Source: a virus
Strand: one strand, 5' to 3'
IMG/VR virus record: IMGVR_UViG_3300035670_000068
Location: 1-64,000 of that record
Length of the DNA: 64,000 nt
The position numbers and the translations under genes are program-made. A model generated the notes under the pieces. The model did no database searches, was not told the origin of the DNA, and saw only the letters and a program-made list of their open reading frames with translations. Below, piece after piece: positions 47,195-56,484 of the stretch (position 1 is its first letter; every line of letters begins with the position of its first letter).

Positions 47195-47715
47195 GAGAAG
47201 GCTCCAAAGCACTCAGGCTTTTTGACGGTCTTGATCTTGGTTGGCTTCACGGCGGTCGTTTGAGCCTTGTAGATTCGCTTCATGATCCTGGCCTGGTCTG
47301 GCTCAAGTGAAACCAGGTCTGCGAACTCTTCCCAAGCCTGCATGAACAACGGGAAGGTCTCGACCTCCTTAGTGGGCACAGCGTTCTTGCTGCCGGCGCT
47401 GACGTTGTTTACAACCCAGCAGCAGCCGTCAGTGCGGTCAGGCTCGTAGTAGATCGAAAACGAGCTCCATGAGCCTTTGGCGTTCTCGAAGCGGATCAAG
47501 GCTACCGGGTTCCAGTGCTCGTCTTGAAGCCTGTCGAACGGGAAGTCCCTGCCCTCTTCCACCTCGACGTTCACGAAGTCCCGTAGGTAGAGAATCTGGT
47601 CGCTGTCGTAAGCGCCCATGCCCTCCATGATGACCTGGTAGCCTTTTACCTCTTGGTCTTCGTTAAGCCAGGTCTCAAGCGGCCCGAGCATCAGTTCGTA
47701 GGACTTGGTGGTCAT
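47191..47715 (-). CDS. Paralog-array protein with C-terminal FGAFS
   Basis: WVV..F..AWEEF motif and tag. Confidence 0.75.
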   Translation of the reverse strand: MTTKSYELMLGPLETWLNEDQEVKGYQVIMEGMGAYDSDQILYLRDFVNVEVEEGRDFPFDRLQDEHWNPVALIRFENAKGSWSSFSIYYEPDRTDGCCWVVNNVSAGSKNAVPTKEVETFPLFMQAWEEFADLVSLEPDQARIMKRIYKAQTTAVKPTKIKTVKKPECFGAFS

Positions 47716-47936
47716 GCCCACTCCCCGAACGATTCAGGCTTCGGAGCTGGAATCCGGGATTGCTCGATCTTCTCCACATGGCGATCGATCGCTCGCTTCA
47801 TGAGTTCGGTTTCGCTGGGTATCTGCTTCATCAGGGCTCTGACGGCGGCAGCTCCTACCTCTGGAGGCAGCGGCTTGTGCATGGCCGCCTCCCGACGCTC
47901 AACCTCTTTCATCAGGTAGTCAAAGTAGTCCGACAC
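47712..47936 (-). CDS. Small protein with C-terminal FGEWA
   Basis: GTG start after AGAGG; operator upstream at 47975. Confidence 0.6.
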   Translation of the reverse strand: MSDYFDYLMKEVERREAAMHKPLPPEVGAAAVRALMKQIPSETELMKRAIDRHVEKIEQSRIPAPKPESFGEWA

Positions 47937-48371
47937 TTCCCAATGCCTCTCTGCGTTTATTAGTAAATGGTTAATAACTAACTCTCTAGTTAGTAGTATG
48001 ACAGTGAGGACTTGGGAATGACAGATCACCTCGTCCGGGAGCCTGTCTCTGGAAACGCTCTATAAGCTCGTCTGACGCTTGCCCATTTCGAAGCGCTATC
48101 TGCGCTCGTCTTTTTCGAGATCGTTCGATACCGCGCAAATCTGAGCGCTTCCCGAGCGCTTCCCTGCTCAGTCATCAGCTCAGTTTTCGACTAGCGCGGG
48201 TCTATGAACAAAATCGCAACTTTTGTTGCGCTCCCGGCAGGCTGAGAGCGTGACTTGGTGCGGGGTTGGAGCTACCCGAGGTGGCATTTTGTGAAGTTCA
48301 AGTTCACAGAGGTTCACGCCTCGGTTGATCATTTTTTGAGCAATAAAAAGCCCTCACTAGGAGGGCTTGGA

Positions 48372-48602
48372 TCACATGGCCATCTTGTATTCGTGGTACA
48401 GATAGTCGAGCAGAATGGCTTTCTTGGTGTCTCTGTCGAGAACCGACCACTGAGCTTCTGCTGGCGAGCCAGAGAAGAACATGGATGCGTTCATTCCGTC
48501 ACCCTGGTCGATGAAGTCCTGGATCAGCCTTACGGAGTCATCGAGGTCGCTGTACTCACAGGCGTCGTCGATCAGCTGCTTGATCTTGGTCAGGTGACTC
48601 AT
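48372..48602 (-). CDS. Hypothetical protein
   Basis: Start MSHLTK at ATGA overlap. Confidence 0.6.
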   Translation of the reverse strand: MSHLTKIKQLIDDACEYSDLDDSVRLIQDFIDQGDGMNASMFFSGSPAEAQWSVLDRDTKKAILLDYLYHEYKMAM

Positions 48603-48922
48603 TTCGGACCCCCAGCCTGCAGGCAAGCATAGACTTTGAGGCTGACTTCCAGATCACCGAACTCGTACAGACCGGCCTGGTATCCACCGGCGTCGTAGCT
48701 CTGCAGAACGTCCTCGTTGCGAATCTTGTCGCCAATTCGAACCACGTTCAGCACTCCGCTGATGTGGCGATCTGCATCGACGAAGGCAACCCGGTCGACA
48801 TACACCATCGAGCCATCGTCGCTCTTGTCTTCCTCGACCACCGTGTAGGCGATGCGCTGACCGTTGGTTAGGCAGTACATGCGGCCGGTGTTGAAGGCGT
48901 AGAACTTGTCGTTCATGGTCAT
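48599..48922 (-). CDS. Hypothetical protein
   Basis: SD GGAG; upstream TAAAAT. Confidence 0.65.
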   Translation of the reverse strand: MTMNDKFYAFNTGRMYCLTNGQRIAYTVVEEDKSDDGSMVYVDRVAFVDADRHISGVLNVVRIGDKIRNEDVLQSYDAGGYQAGLYEFGDLEVSLKVYACLQAGGPK

Positions 48923-48998
48923 ACTCCGTTTACCCTTTCTCGCTTGTTTGTTGCTGTTGCGAGCATTTTACAAGCGAGATCGAGGCAGAAGGAGGCAA

Positions 48999-49415
48999 TT
49001 AGGACAGGCTAAGCGGGGGCCATTTGCTCAGATCGACACCGCACATGAGGCTCAGAACACCTTCGGGGATAGGCGAGAACCTGGGGAAAGACTCCTGGAC
49101 CCAATACTCGAAGCGCTGCTGGTCTGGCCAGAACACTCCATGCTGAGCAGCTGGTCCCATCCACATGCGAGCCCGGTAGTCGATGTAGGTGCCATCCGGC
49201 AGTTCGATCCACCAGTGAGTGACGCCAACCAGGTCGTCACCGGACACCGCTTCGTCATCCATGAGCGCGCGGTCAGTGAGTAGGCCTGTGTTGATGTGGT
49301 GATCGATGCCGTTCTTGTCCAGGAGCAGCGATATCACCCTGGACATGCCGTCACATTCCATGTGCCTGATTGGATCGAGGGGATCGAGCCAGGCCTGCAG
49401 CTTATCCACGCCCAT
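48999..49415 (-). CDS. Possible transglutaminase/papain-like fold protein
   Basis: ECDG..HWWIEL..IDY gives Cys-His-Asp order. Confidence 0.45.
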   Translation of the reverse strand: MGVDKLQAWLDPLDPIRHMECDGMSRVISLLLDKNGIDHHINTGLLTDRALMDDEAVSGDDLVGVTHWWIELPDGTYIDYRARMWMGPAAQHGVFWPDQQRFEYWVQESFPRFSPIPEGVLSLMCGVDLSKWPPLSLS

Positions 49416-49798
49416 CAGTCGTGATCCGCAGTCACCGCAGCGTACAGAATCCCTTCTGCGGTCTTCTTGGCCTCTTCCAGCTTGGCTTGCATCCGCGCAA
49501 CCATCTGCCTGTGAGCAGCCTCTGCATCTGACCAGACTGACGTTCTGAATACCGGCTCGAAGTGGCTCGGTTTCAACCTGCCTTCTTCGTGCATGAACAC
49601 CATAGTCTCGAAGAACAGAGGCTCCTGACCAAACCTATGGGACAGGTCGTAGCCCATGAACACAGTGCTGACCCATACATTCTCTATCATGGTCTCAGCG
49701 ACTCGCCGCTCTTCGCTTTGCATGAACAGCACCCATTCCTCTACGGATTCGCAGAGAACCGGCGCCTTGTCCTTGAGAATGTATCGGCCAAATCTCAC
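49415..49798 (-). CDS. Hypothetical protein
   Basis: VSTVFMG..FETMVF common phage motif; GTGA overlap. Confidence 0.65.
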   Translation of the reverse strand: MRFGRYILKDKAPVLCESVEEWVLFMQSEERRVAETMIENVWVSTVFMGYDLSHRFGQEPLFFETMVFMHEEGRLKPSHFEPVFRTSVWSDAEAAHRQMVARMQAKLEEAKKTAEGILYAAVTADHD

Positions 49799-50331
49799 TG
49801 CTTCACACCTTCTACCCACCAGTCGATGCTGGAGAACTCATTGGCGTACAGAACAATGTCGTTGTTCGGCATGATCTGCGCCACCTGGAAGCCATCGGTC
49901 AGCCCCAGACCGAATTTTTCTGGCTTGTTGCTTGAGCCAGAGGATATCACCTGCAGCTCACCCGGCTTAAACCCGTTGTTCTCGATGCGCTCGAAGGCCG
50001 CATACTTGAACTTCGGCATCGCAATGAACGGGCAGACCTGGACAGCGTACTCGGCACATTCCTTGTGCATGGGCAGATCAGCGAACAGTCGGTTGGAAAT
50101 ACTGATCGGGCCGCCAACGAAAGCCATTTGACCATCAAGCCTTTGACCGCAAATGCCGCACTTGTGGTTTTTGACCGCATCCACCCACTTGAGCTGATCG
50201 ATCACCCGGAAGTCAGGCTTGCCGTTGACCCACTGAACAGTGTGCGGGATCGGATAACCCCGCTCGTCCTTCTGCAGATCAGCCACGCGAGCAGGCGTTT
50301 CAACCAGGTTCAGGTCTTTCCAGGTTTTCAT
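49795..50331 (-). CDS. Zn-binding hypothetical protein
   Basis: CGICG..HKECA..CPF. Confidence 0.65.
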   Translation of the reverse strand: MKTWKDLNLVETPARVADLQKDERGYPIPHTVQWVNGKPDFRVIDQLKWVDAVKNHKCGICGQRLDGQMAFVGGPISISNRLFADLPMHKECAEYAVQVCPFIAMPKFKYAAFERIENNGFKPGELQVISSGSSNKPEKFGLGLTDGFQVAQIMPNNDIVLYANEFSSIDWWVEGVKQ

Positions 50332-50525
50332 GCTTCAAACCACTCGATCACGGACCAGTCGTAGCTCAGCTCAGAGCCATCCGGGAGGCGCCAGTTGCAG
50401 TCGCTTTCATCGACGGCGACCAGTTCGTGCTCCTGGACGTTCTTGGAGCTGCAGTGCTCAATTCGGCACAACACCTGAGAGCCCGGCTTCGGCTGTTTCT
50501 CAAGAGCCTTGACCCAGCCCATCAC
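50328..50525 (-). CDS. Small hypothetical protein (DUF551-like)
   Basis: GWVK..P..VL..V.EW. Confidence 0.5.
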   Translation of the reverse strand: MMGWVKALEKQPKPGSQVLCRIEHCSSKNVQEHELVAVDESDCNWRLPDGSELSYDWSVIEWFEA

Positions 50526-50992
50526 ATGAACCTCGCAAGCATCGGCTGTACCTTGCCGAACTTCTCTTTCTCGTAGCCTTCCTGCCAGGGCAGTTTGCCT
50601 TTGGTGTCAGGCCACACCCACTGCACAAACTCGGGCTTCTTCCAACCCATGTCCTCTGCGAAGGCGAAGGCTTGAACCGCATAGTCGTCAGCTCGACCGC
50701 TCTCGACGTTGACCACGCTCATGGGCATGTTGAACCAGTCGTCTTCCGGGCTGAGCACACCAGGGCCGCCACAGCGAGTCTTCTGGTTGACGATCTCGTC
50801 GTAGTAGCGATTCAGGTACGGAGCCACCATTCGCATATCCAGGCCGAACACGATGACTTCCGGGAGTCCGTGCGCAGCGAAGCCGATGGTGTAGGTAAAT
50901 GGCGGCGACTTCTCGTCACCGAAGATGCCGAACAGGTGCAGGCCGCAGCGGTCGACGTTCTGCTTGATATCGCCGTAGTAGGGGGAAATCAT
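50522..50992 (-). CDS. DUF4262-like protein
   Basis: FTYTIG..GLPEVIVFGL..QWVWPD..G.LPW. Confidence 0.75.
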   Translation of the reverse strand: MISPYYGDIKQNVDRCGLHLFGIFGDEKSPPFTYTIGFAAHGLPEVIVFGLDMRMVAPYLNRYYDEIVNQKTRCGGPGVLSPEDDWFNMPMSVVNVESGRADDYAVQAFAFAEDMGWKKPEFVQWVWPDTKGKLPWQEGYEKEKFGKVQPMLARFM

Positions 50993-51062
50993 TTTAGGTT
51001 CTCGCTTTCGATTAACTATGCGCTTAGTTTATCGAAGCGCATCTGGCAAGTGCTGGGCTTTG

Positions 51063-51455
51063 TCAGGGGAAGTAGCTTATTGCCGCGTGAGCAGAGTATT
51101 TCTGGAGGGTGGCGTCGTGGGTCAGCAGGATCATGCCTTCGATCTGAGCCTGGCCAATCAGAGCGCGGTCGAAGGGATCGCCGTGAATGTGAGGAAGGCT
51201 GGAGGCAGCGATAGCGTGATCGGAGCTCATGGCGAGCTCCAGGTAGCCGGCACCAACGAGAGCCGTCCTGATCACCCCAGGGTCGTACATGAAGGCGATC
51301 TTGTTGAGCGCTCGTTTGATGCCGATCTCCCAGATGCTCATGGAGCTGAAATACAGCTCGCCGGGACCGTTGATGATCTGAGGCACGCCGTTCGGAAGAG
51401 CTCCTGGACATACGCAGGCCCAGAGCAGCAGGTGAGTGTCGAGAAGGTACTTCAT
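51063..51455 (-). CDS. vapC: PIN-domain toxin (VapC family)
   Basis: LLDTHLLLW, SIWEI, HGDPFDR.LI.QA, LLTHD. Confidence 0.92.
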   Translation of the reverse strand: MKYLLDTHLLLWACVCPGALPNGVPQIINGPGELYFSSMSIWEIGIKRALNKIAFMYDPGVIRTALVGAGYLELAMSSDHAIAASSLPHIHGDPFDRALIGQAQIEGMILLTHDATLQKYSAHAAISYFP

Positions 51456-51694
51456 AGACCGAACATTTCCTCGATCTCCTTCTGGAACGGCGTGTCGATA
51501 TCATCAGGCACAGGTGGGTAAACCCCAACCAGCATACCCATGCGGCTCTTCTTCTCGGGCTCGTAAGCGACAACCTTGACCATAGGCTTGCCGGCTTTAG
51601 CGATGACGTACTCGCAGCCGCCGCTGACCACCTTCTCGATGACTTTGGACAGGTTTGTCTTGGCGTCGTGGATGTTCATGGTTTCGGTCTTCAT
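51452..51694 (-). CDS. Phd/YefM-family antitoxin
   Basis: NIHDAKTNLS..IAKAGKP; inverted repeat GATTAGCTA..TAGCTAATC upstream (51711-51736). Confidence 0.9.
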   Translation of the reverse strand: MKTETMNIHDAKTNLSKVIEKVVSGGCEYVIAKAGKPMVKVVAYEPEKKSRMGMLVGVYPPVPDDIDTPFQKEIEEMFGL

Positions 51695-51790
51695 GATGAC
51701 CTCCGCTTGTGATTAGCTAAATCAGTCTAGCTAATCCATCGCGGCGCGTGAACAGCGTTTCGTCGCAAGAAAAAGCCACCCGTAGGTGGC

Positions 51791-52090
51791 TTATTTGAAC
51801 ACTCGACTGACCGCAGCGTCTGCCGTGATCTCCATCAAGGCCTTGAAACCTGTAAAGACCCCGTTTCGGTGCAGAATCTGGTCGTACATGCCTTCGCTAT
51901 CCCGGTACACAACCGGCGTGTTCGTCAGATCGAAAGCCTCATGAGCTACAGCGATCACATCCTCTGCATCGTTGGTCACGCTCATGGCGCCGCGATTCAG
52001 ATCGACGATGATCAAGCAGCGGCCTTGATCGGTTTCCGCCAGTGTCCAGGTCCACTCAGACCGAGTTTTTCTTGGGCTTTTCAATGCCAA
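51791..52090 (-). CDS. Hypothetical protein
   Basis: SVTNDAE..YRDSEG motif. Confidence 0.65.
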   Translation of the reverse strand: MALKSPRKTRSEWTWTLAETDQGRCLIIVDLNRGAMSVTNDAEDVIAVAHEAFDLTNTPVVYRDSEGMYDQILHRNGVFTGFKALMEITADAAVSRVFK

Positions 52091-52466
52091 TATCCTCTGG
52101 CTCGATGATCAGGTCGTGGAAGGGCTTGAAGTCTTCCGGGTTGTAAACGTGCATTCGCCGCATGACCTGCATCAGTTGGTTCTCGACGCCCAGCTTCTGC
52201 ATCATGATCAGCGAGCCGGCGCATTGCTTCTCGTTGCCGCTCTGTTCGTAGACCTCGTTGCCGTCTTCGTCTTCCGTCCAGGTGCCACCAGTCTTTCGGT
52301 TGTGGACCGTCTTGTGACAGGAGAAGCTGGTCGCTTCCCCCGTCAGCAGGTCTTTGACGATACCCGGAACCCGCTCGGGGTGAAGATCGATAGCCTTGCT
52401 CTTGTCCTTGAGGAACGGGCAGTTGGCACACGGCTTCTTGAGCGAGTAGGGGTTCCATTTAGCCAT
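52056..52466 (-). CDS. Cys-rich hypothetical protein
   Basis: PCANCPF..FSCHK..CAG. Confidence 0.65.
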   Translation of the reverse strand: MAKWNPYSLKKPCANCPFLKDKSKAIDLHPERVPGIVKDLLTGEATSFSCHKTVHNRKTGGTWTEDEDGNEVYEQSGNEKQCAGSLIMMQKLGVENQLMQVMRRMHVYNPEDFKPFHDLIIEPEDIGIEKPKKNSV

Positions 52467-52773
52467 GATCTTCGGCCTTGATCGTGTGAGATTCAGGGAT
52501 TGGACCGCGAGCAAACTCCCAGCGAGCAACCGGCTGACTTGGCCGCTCAATGCTGTCCAGCCAGTCCTCGACGTAGCCTAATTTCTTGCCGATGAAGTGG
52601 AACATCTGAGCGTCTTTGACGGTCATCCAGCGGAAGAAATTGAGCGGCGAGCCCCCGTAGGTGCTGCGGGTCATCACTGTATCAGACTGACCAACGTACT
52701 CGATCTCCATATAGCGGACCCAATCGTCCCCCCTGATCACGTCGTCTCGTTCAAGGATGCCGATGCTGATCAT
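52459..52773 (-). CDS. Hypothetical protein
   Basis: Coupled ORF. Confidence 0.6.
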   Translation of the reverse strand: MISIGILERDDVIRGDDWVRYMEIEYVGQSDTVMTRSTYGGSPLNFFRWMTVKDAQMFHFIGKKLGYVEDWLDSIERPSQPVARWEFARGPIPESHTIKAEDHG

Positions 52774-53180
52774 ACGCGGCCACCCTTGATATCGCCGCTC
52801 ACAGTTCTGACATTGCCGGCGATGTTCCCACCAGCCTGCACGTCACCGCTCACGGTCTGTACGTCACCGAAGCAGCTCTGGTTCACGCGCACATCGCCGC
52901 TGGTGGTCTTGATATCGCCCACGTCACCCGCAACAGCGACGTAGCCGCTGACCGTGTTCAGGGAGTTGAGCGATCCAGTGACCTCGATGTTGATCGGCCC
53001 GATGTTGCAGAGGCTGTCGATCACGGTCTTGCCGTCGATGATCACGCTGTTGCCGACCACCAGATCACCACCAACGTAGGTGCCGCTGATGTTCACGCCT
53101 TTGATCTCGATCTTGGCTTTGGTGGAGCCGCACAACGATCGGTTAATTTTCGCGAGCAAGCTCTTGAGACGGTTTTCCAT
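52770..53180 (-). CDS. Beta-helix repeat protein (DUF4097-like)
   Basis: Repeated T.SGD[VI] units. Confidence 0.7.
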   Translation of the reverse strand: MENRLKSLLAKINRSLCGSTKAKIEIKGVNISGTYVGGDLVVGNSVIIDGKTVIDSLCNIGPINIEVTGSLNSLNTVSGYVAVAGDVGDIKTTSGDVRVNQSCFGDVQTVSGDVQAGGNIAGNVRTVSGDIKGGRV

Positions 53181-53273
53181 TTTCAGTTTCCGATTAGTTA
53201 CTCGGCATGTAAACGCATGGGTAGAACGTAAGTCACCCGTTAGTGAGCGTTTCGGACAAACTAAGGCTAGGCC

Positions 53274-53789
53274 TCAGTCGATGATCTCCGCGATCTCGGA
53301 GAGCTCCGGGTGCTTCGAAAGACGGGGGACAATCAAGTCCAGTTCCTCTTCCGTCAGATCACGGCAGCCCTCACCTTCCCCTTTCGTGATCATGAAGCGC
53401 ACACGGCCGGCGAGCATATCCAGCAGACCGTGATACTGGTCGTGGATGTAGTCGCGCAGAGGGTGGTCAGGCTTCTTCTCAGCCAGCTCCATCGAGATCA
53501 TGGAGAGGGTCATGAGCCAGATTCCGTAGCTCACAGCTTCCATGCTGCAGGTGACGTAGTTGCCGTTGAAGGTGATCGGCTCGACTTCGGTGCTGTCCGG
53601 GAAGACCATGCACACAGCGCCATTCGGATACTTGCGGAACTCCCACATACCGCCCTTGTACTTCTCGCCGCACATCTTGGTCATGAAGTGGTAGGGGTAG
53701 GTGTCCAGAGGAACCGCTATGTCCTCGTAGTGAGTCAGCAGCGGGTTCGACTCATGCGGAAGAACGTCATACGGCTGGATGGTGCTCAT
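53274..53789 (-). CDS. ardB: Antirestriction protein (ArdB/KlcA family)
   Basis: Y.GG.WEF...NG..M, NG....S.EA, Y..L, HPE...I...ID. Confidence 0.75.
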   Translation of the reverse strand: MSTIQPYDVLPHESNPLLTHYEDIAVPLDTYPYHFMTKMCGEKYKGGMWEFRKYPNGAVCMVFPDSTEVEPITFNGNYVTCSMEAVSYGIWLMTLSMISMELAEKKPDHPLRDYIHDQYHGLLDMLAGRVRFMITKGEGEGCRDLTEEELDLIVPRLSKHPELSEIAEIID

Positions 53790-53864
53790 TGATCTCTCCT
53801 TGTGATTTTGTTTCTGAGCGTATTGTCTCGCGCTCAGCGCGGCAGCGATACGCTGTCCTTGCGG

Positions 53865-54119
53865 CTACCGTCTTGCGATCCAGCCTACCGGCTCGCTGTC
53901 ACGGTCTTCGAGTCGGTCGAACTCGCTGTGAGCGAGCTCCACATTGTCGAAGCAGAACCTGTTGGCGTAACCGCAGTAGTCAACGTCGGTCACAATAGCG
54001 GTGGTGAACATCAGCTTGATCATGGCCACATAGGTTCCGTCTTCGAGCTGACGCCACCTGAAATACCCGTTGGACGGGTTCTCAAGCTGCCTCTCGATCT
54101 CCGGGACTCGATCAGCCAT
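53865..54119 (-). CDS. Hypothetical protein
   Basis: MFTTAI..GY..RFCF..P.GW. Confidence 0.6.
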   Translation of the reverse strand: MADRVPEIERQLENPSNGYFRWRQLEDGTYVAMIKLMFTTAIVTDVDYCGYANRFCFDNVELAHSEFDRLEDRDSEPVGWIARR

Positions 54120-54501
54120 CGCACTTGCCCGTCTGGAGCCTGTTCAGGAACTTCTGAGAGATAGGCGTTGCAAAGCTCTCGAAGGAGGAAAGGGTGAGCT
54201 TCGTGCCGCCATCACCCTCGGCTCTGCCTCGAATCAAATCAGTCGCTTGGCCGCCTGCAGAGAGTGGGGAGTTGGCGATGAAGCGAATCTCGAAAGACTG
54301 GCTGTAGCCGTCGAACCGGCTATCCAGGCGCCAGTTGAAGCCGCAGTAAGGGTAGGCATTCAGATTGTCGTAGACCTGCTGAGCAGGCATATCGACAGTC
54401 ACAACCTTGTAGGGCTCGCGATGCTCCAAAGGAGCGCCGGCGCAACCGGCTAGAACAGCCCCAACCACAGCAAATCCAAACAGTCGCGCCAGCACCATCA
54501 A
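54112..54501 (-). CDS. Putative lipoprotein
   Basis: Lipobox LAGC. Confidence 0.65.
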   Translation of the reverse strand: MMVLARLFGFAVVGAVLAGCAGAPLEHREPYKVVTVDMPAQQVYDNLNAYPYCGFNWRLDSRFDGYSQSFEIRFIANSPLSAGGQATDLIRGRAEGDGGTKLTLSSFESFATPISQKFLNRLQTGKCDG

Positions 54502-54818
54502 TTGATCTCCGATCTTTCAAGCAAAACGGCATTGCCGACGATCATATCATCGATGGGTAGAGCCCCCATAAGCGTGACCATCGACGTGGCCACCATGTTC
54601 AGAGGCAGCTTCATGAGCTTGCCTTCCTCGTTGCAGGCCAGGTAGGCGTACTCGACACCGGCGATCTTCAAAGGCTGGGCGAACGTCACAAGCTCCACCC
54701 AGCCACCGAAGAACTCGCGCAGCTTTTCCATGTTGATTAAGCCTTCCTCGAACCAGCCACCCGGAGAGCTCTGGTCGATCATGAAGGCGTTGCCGTTATG
54801 CGGGATTGCAAGCGCCAT
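54498..54818 (-). CDS. DUF3846-like protein
   Basis: GGWVE..CNEEGKL..LPLN..IVGNAVL. Confidence 0.7.
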   Translation of the reverse strand: MALAIPHNGNAFMIDQSSPGGWFEEGLINMEKLREFFGGWVELVTFAQPLKIAGVEYAYLACNEEGKLMKLPLNMVATSMVTLMGALPIDDMIVGNAVLLERSEIN

Positions 54819-54990
54819 AAGTCACCCCACCATCCTTTGCGCCGATCACGTTCTTACGGAACACCGAGCGCTGTCCTTCGTCGAGCGGCCAGTCGATCTC
54901 ATGACCACAGCCAGTACACATCTTCTTGTCTTCACCGTGCAGCAGCACCAGCTCGGAGCACTTGCACTTAGGGCAAACCTTCGTCGTCAT
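54796..54990 (-). CDS. Zn-ribbon protein
   Basis: CPKC..CTGC. Confidence 0.6.
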   Translation of the reverse strand: MTTKVCPKCKCSELVLLHGEDKKMCTGCGHEIDWPLDEGQRSVFRKNVIGAKDGGVTYGACNPA

Positions 54991-55145
54991 CCCCATGTCC
55001 CATACTTGCTTTTGACTTCAAACTCTTCGAGCTCGGCGATGCCGTCCTCGATCTCCTGCAGTTCGTTGGCCCTGGCCTGCAGAACGCCGGCGAGCTCGGT
55101 CAGAACGAACTTGCGCAGCCGCTCTTCGAACGGCGGAAGGCTCAC
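54987..55145 (-). CDS. 52-aa protein with C-terminal YGTWG (not in ORF track)
   Basis: MSLPPFEERLRKF..EVKSKYGTWG; GTGA and ATGA overlaps with both neighbours. Confidence 0.6.
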   Translation of the reverse strand: MSLPPFEERLRKFVLTELAGVLQARANELQEIEDGIAELEEFEVKSKYGTWG

Positions 55146-55354
55146 AGCTCACCTCGCAGCTTGCGAATCCGAGCGACGTTGCGAGCGATGGCATCGATCA
55201 TCACCTGCTCACGCTCCTTGAAGCGATCCAGCGGAAGACCCTGCTTCTCTGCGTCGGCGGTTTGTTCACGCGCAGCCTTGAGGCCCATGCCCAGGACGCC
55301 GCACTTGACGCTCAGAACGAACGCCAGCGGCCAGGTAACAAGGCGGCGCATCAC
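55142..55354 (-). CDS. Hypothetical protein
   Basis: Coupled ORF. Confidence 0.55.
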   Translation of the reverse strand: MMRRLVTWPLAFVLSVKCGVLGMGLKAAREQTADAEKQGLPLDRFKEREQVMIDAIARNVARIRKLRGEL

Positions 55355-55749
55355 TGCGCCGCCAGGCTTACGGAGATCGACCAGGTGTCGCCCTGGAGCA
55401 GCAGCTGCTTGGTGTCCAGGTCTACACCGCCGCAGTCATGACCGAACGAAGCAACGACCGTGTGGTTGTCGCCGCTCTTCGAGAAACTGAGGTGAGTCAG
55501 CTCGATCACGGTGCCGGCGTCGAAGTCACCCAGGAAGGGCTGAACGCCTTTCTCTCGGCTCAGCTCTTCGACCAGGCTCAGCGCCTCGATATCGGAGAAC
55601 TTGAAGGTCTGCTTGTTGCCTGCCTCGTTGGGCACGAACAGCTTCTGGAAGGCTTCCTTCTCAGCAGTCCGGCCCTTGAAGATGATCTTGCCGCTGATCT
55701 CAGCAGGCCGGCTCTGGGTCGCAACCCGGAGTTGTCGTTTCTGTCGCAT
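55351..55749 (-). CDS. Hypothetical protein
   Basis: SD AGGAG before MRQKRQ. Confidence 0.6.
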   Translation of the reverse strand: MRQKRQLRVATQSRPAEISGKIIFKGRTAEKEAFQKLFVPNEAGNKQTFKFSDIEALSLVEELSREKGVQPFLGDFDAGTVIELTHLSFSKSGDNHTVVASFGHDCGGVDLDTKQLLLQGDTWSISVSLAAQ

Positions 55750-55757
55750 ATTGGCTC

Positions 55758-56039
55758 CTATGACCATGTTCCAAATTCTTGAGGTCTACTGACCTTCTTG
55801 ACTTGCTTCGGCCTCGATTCGAGGTCGCTGTTCTCAGCCAGGCTGTCGTATTCGTCCAGCGCCATCAGATCGACCTCCTTAGCCTTCTCCATCATCGTCT
55901 TGAAGGCCTCGATGGCTTTCTTCTCCTGCATGGCTTTCATGACAGCCTCATAGGCTTCCTTCTCCACTCCGAGCTTTTCGATGGAATCGATCAGCTCGGG
56001 CATACTGGAGAAAATGCTTTTGCCTTTCCCTCGCATCAC
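55758..56039 (-). CDS. Helical protein with C-terminal FGTWS
   Basis: Coupled ORF; tag. Confidence 0.65.
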   Translation of the reverse strand: MMRGKGKSIFSSMPELIDSIEKLGVEKEAYEAVMKAMQEKKAIEAFKTMMEKAKEVDLMALDEYDSLAENSDLESRPKQVKKVSRPQEFGTWS

Positions 56040-56425
56040 GCAGCCTTCGGAAGCTGACCGCTCTCTTCCAGGAACTCGACGATCACCTGGATCGCTTTGT
56101 CCGTGAACGGAGTCGAGCGCTGATCGACTTCAACAGCCCAGGCACCGCAGCGAGAAAGGTTGCGTGCGTCATCGAGCGCTTCGGTCAGAGTGTTGAACTT
56201 CACCACGTCGAAGCGGACACCCGGCTGCTGCTCGTCTCGGCTGACGCGATACCAGGTGTTCTTGAGCTTGCCGTCCACCGTGCGGATGTACAGGATGCCC
56301 TGGTCATCCGGGTTGACGGTGCTGACAACGTGCGCGACGAAAGAGCCGTACAGCTTGTTCGTCGGGTCAAACTGGAGCGGTTTCGGGTCGCTCACACCAT
56401 CGATCATCACTACCATCTGTTTCAC
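56036..56425 (-). CDS. Hypothetical protein
   Basis: SD GAGG; operator at 56462. Confidence 0.6.
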   Translation of the reverse strand: MKQMVVMIDGVSDPKPLQFDPTNKLYGSFVAHVVSTVNPDDQGILYIRTVDGKLKNTWYRVSRDEQQPGVRFDVVKFNTLTEALDDARNLSRCGAWAVEVDQRSTPFTDKAIQVIVEFLEESGQLPKAA

Positions 56426-56484
56426 CTCGTTGCTTTGTTTGTTCTGTTCACAGCATACAGCTAACTAAGCGGTTAGTCATTCTG

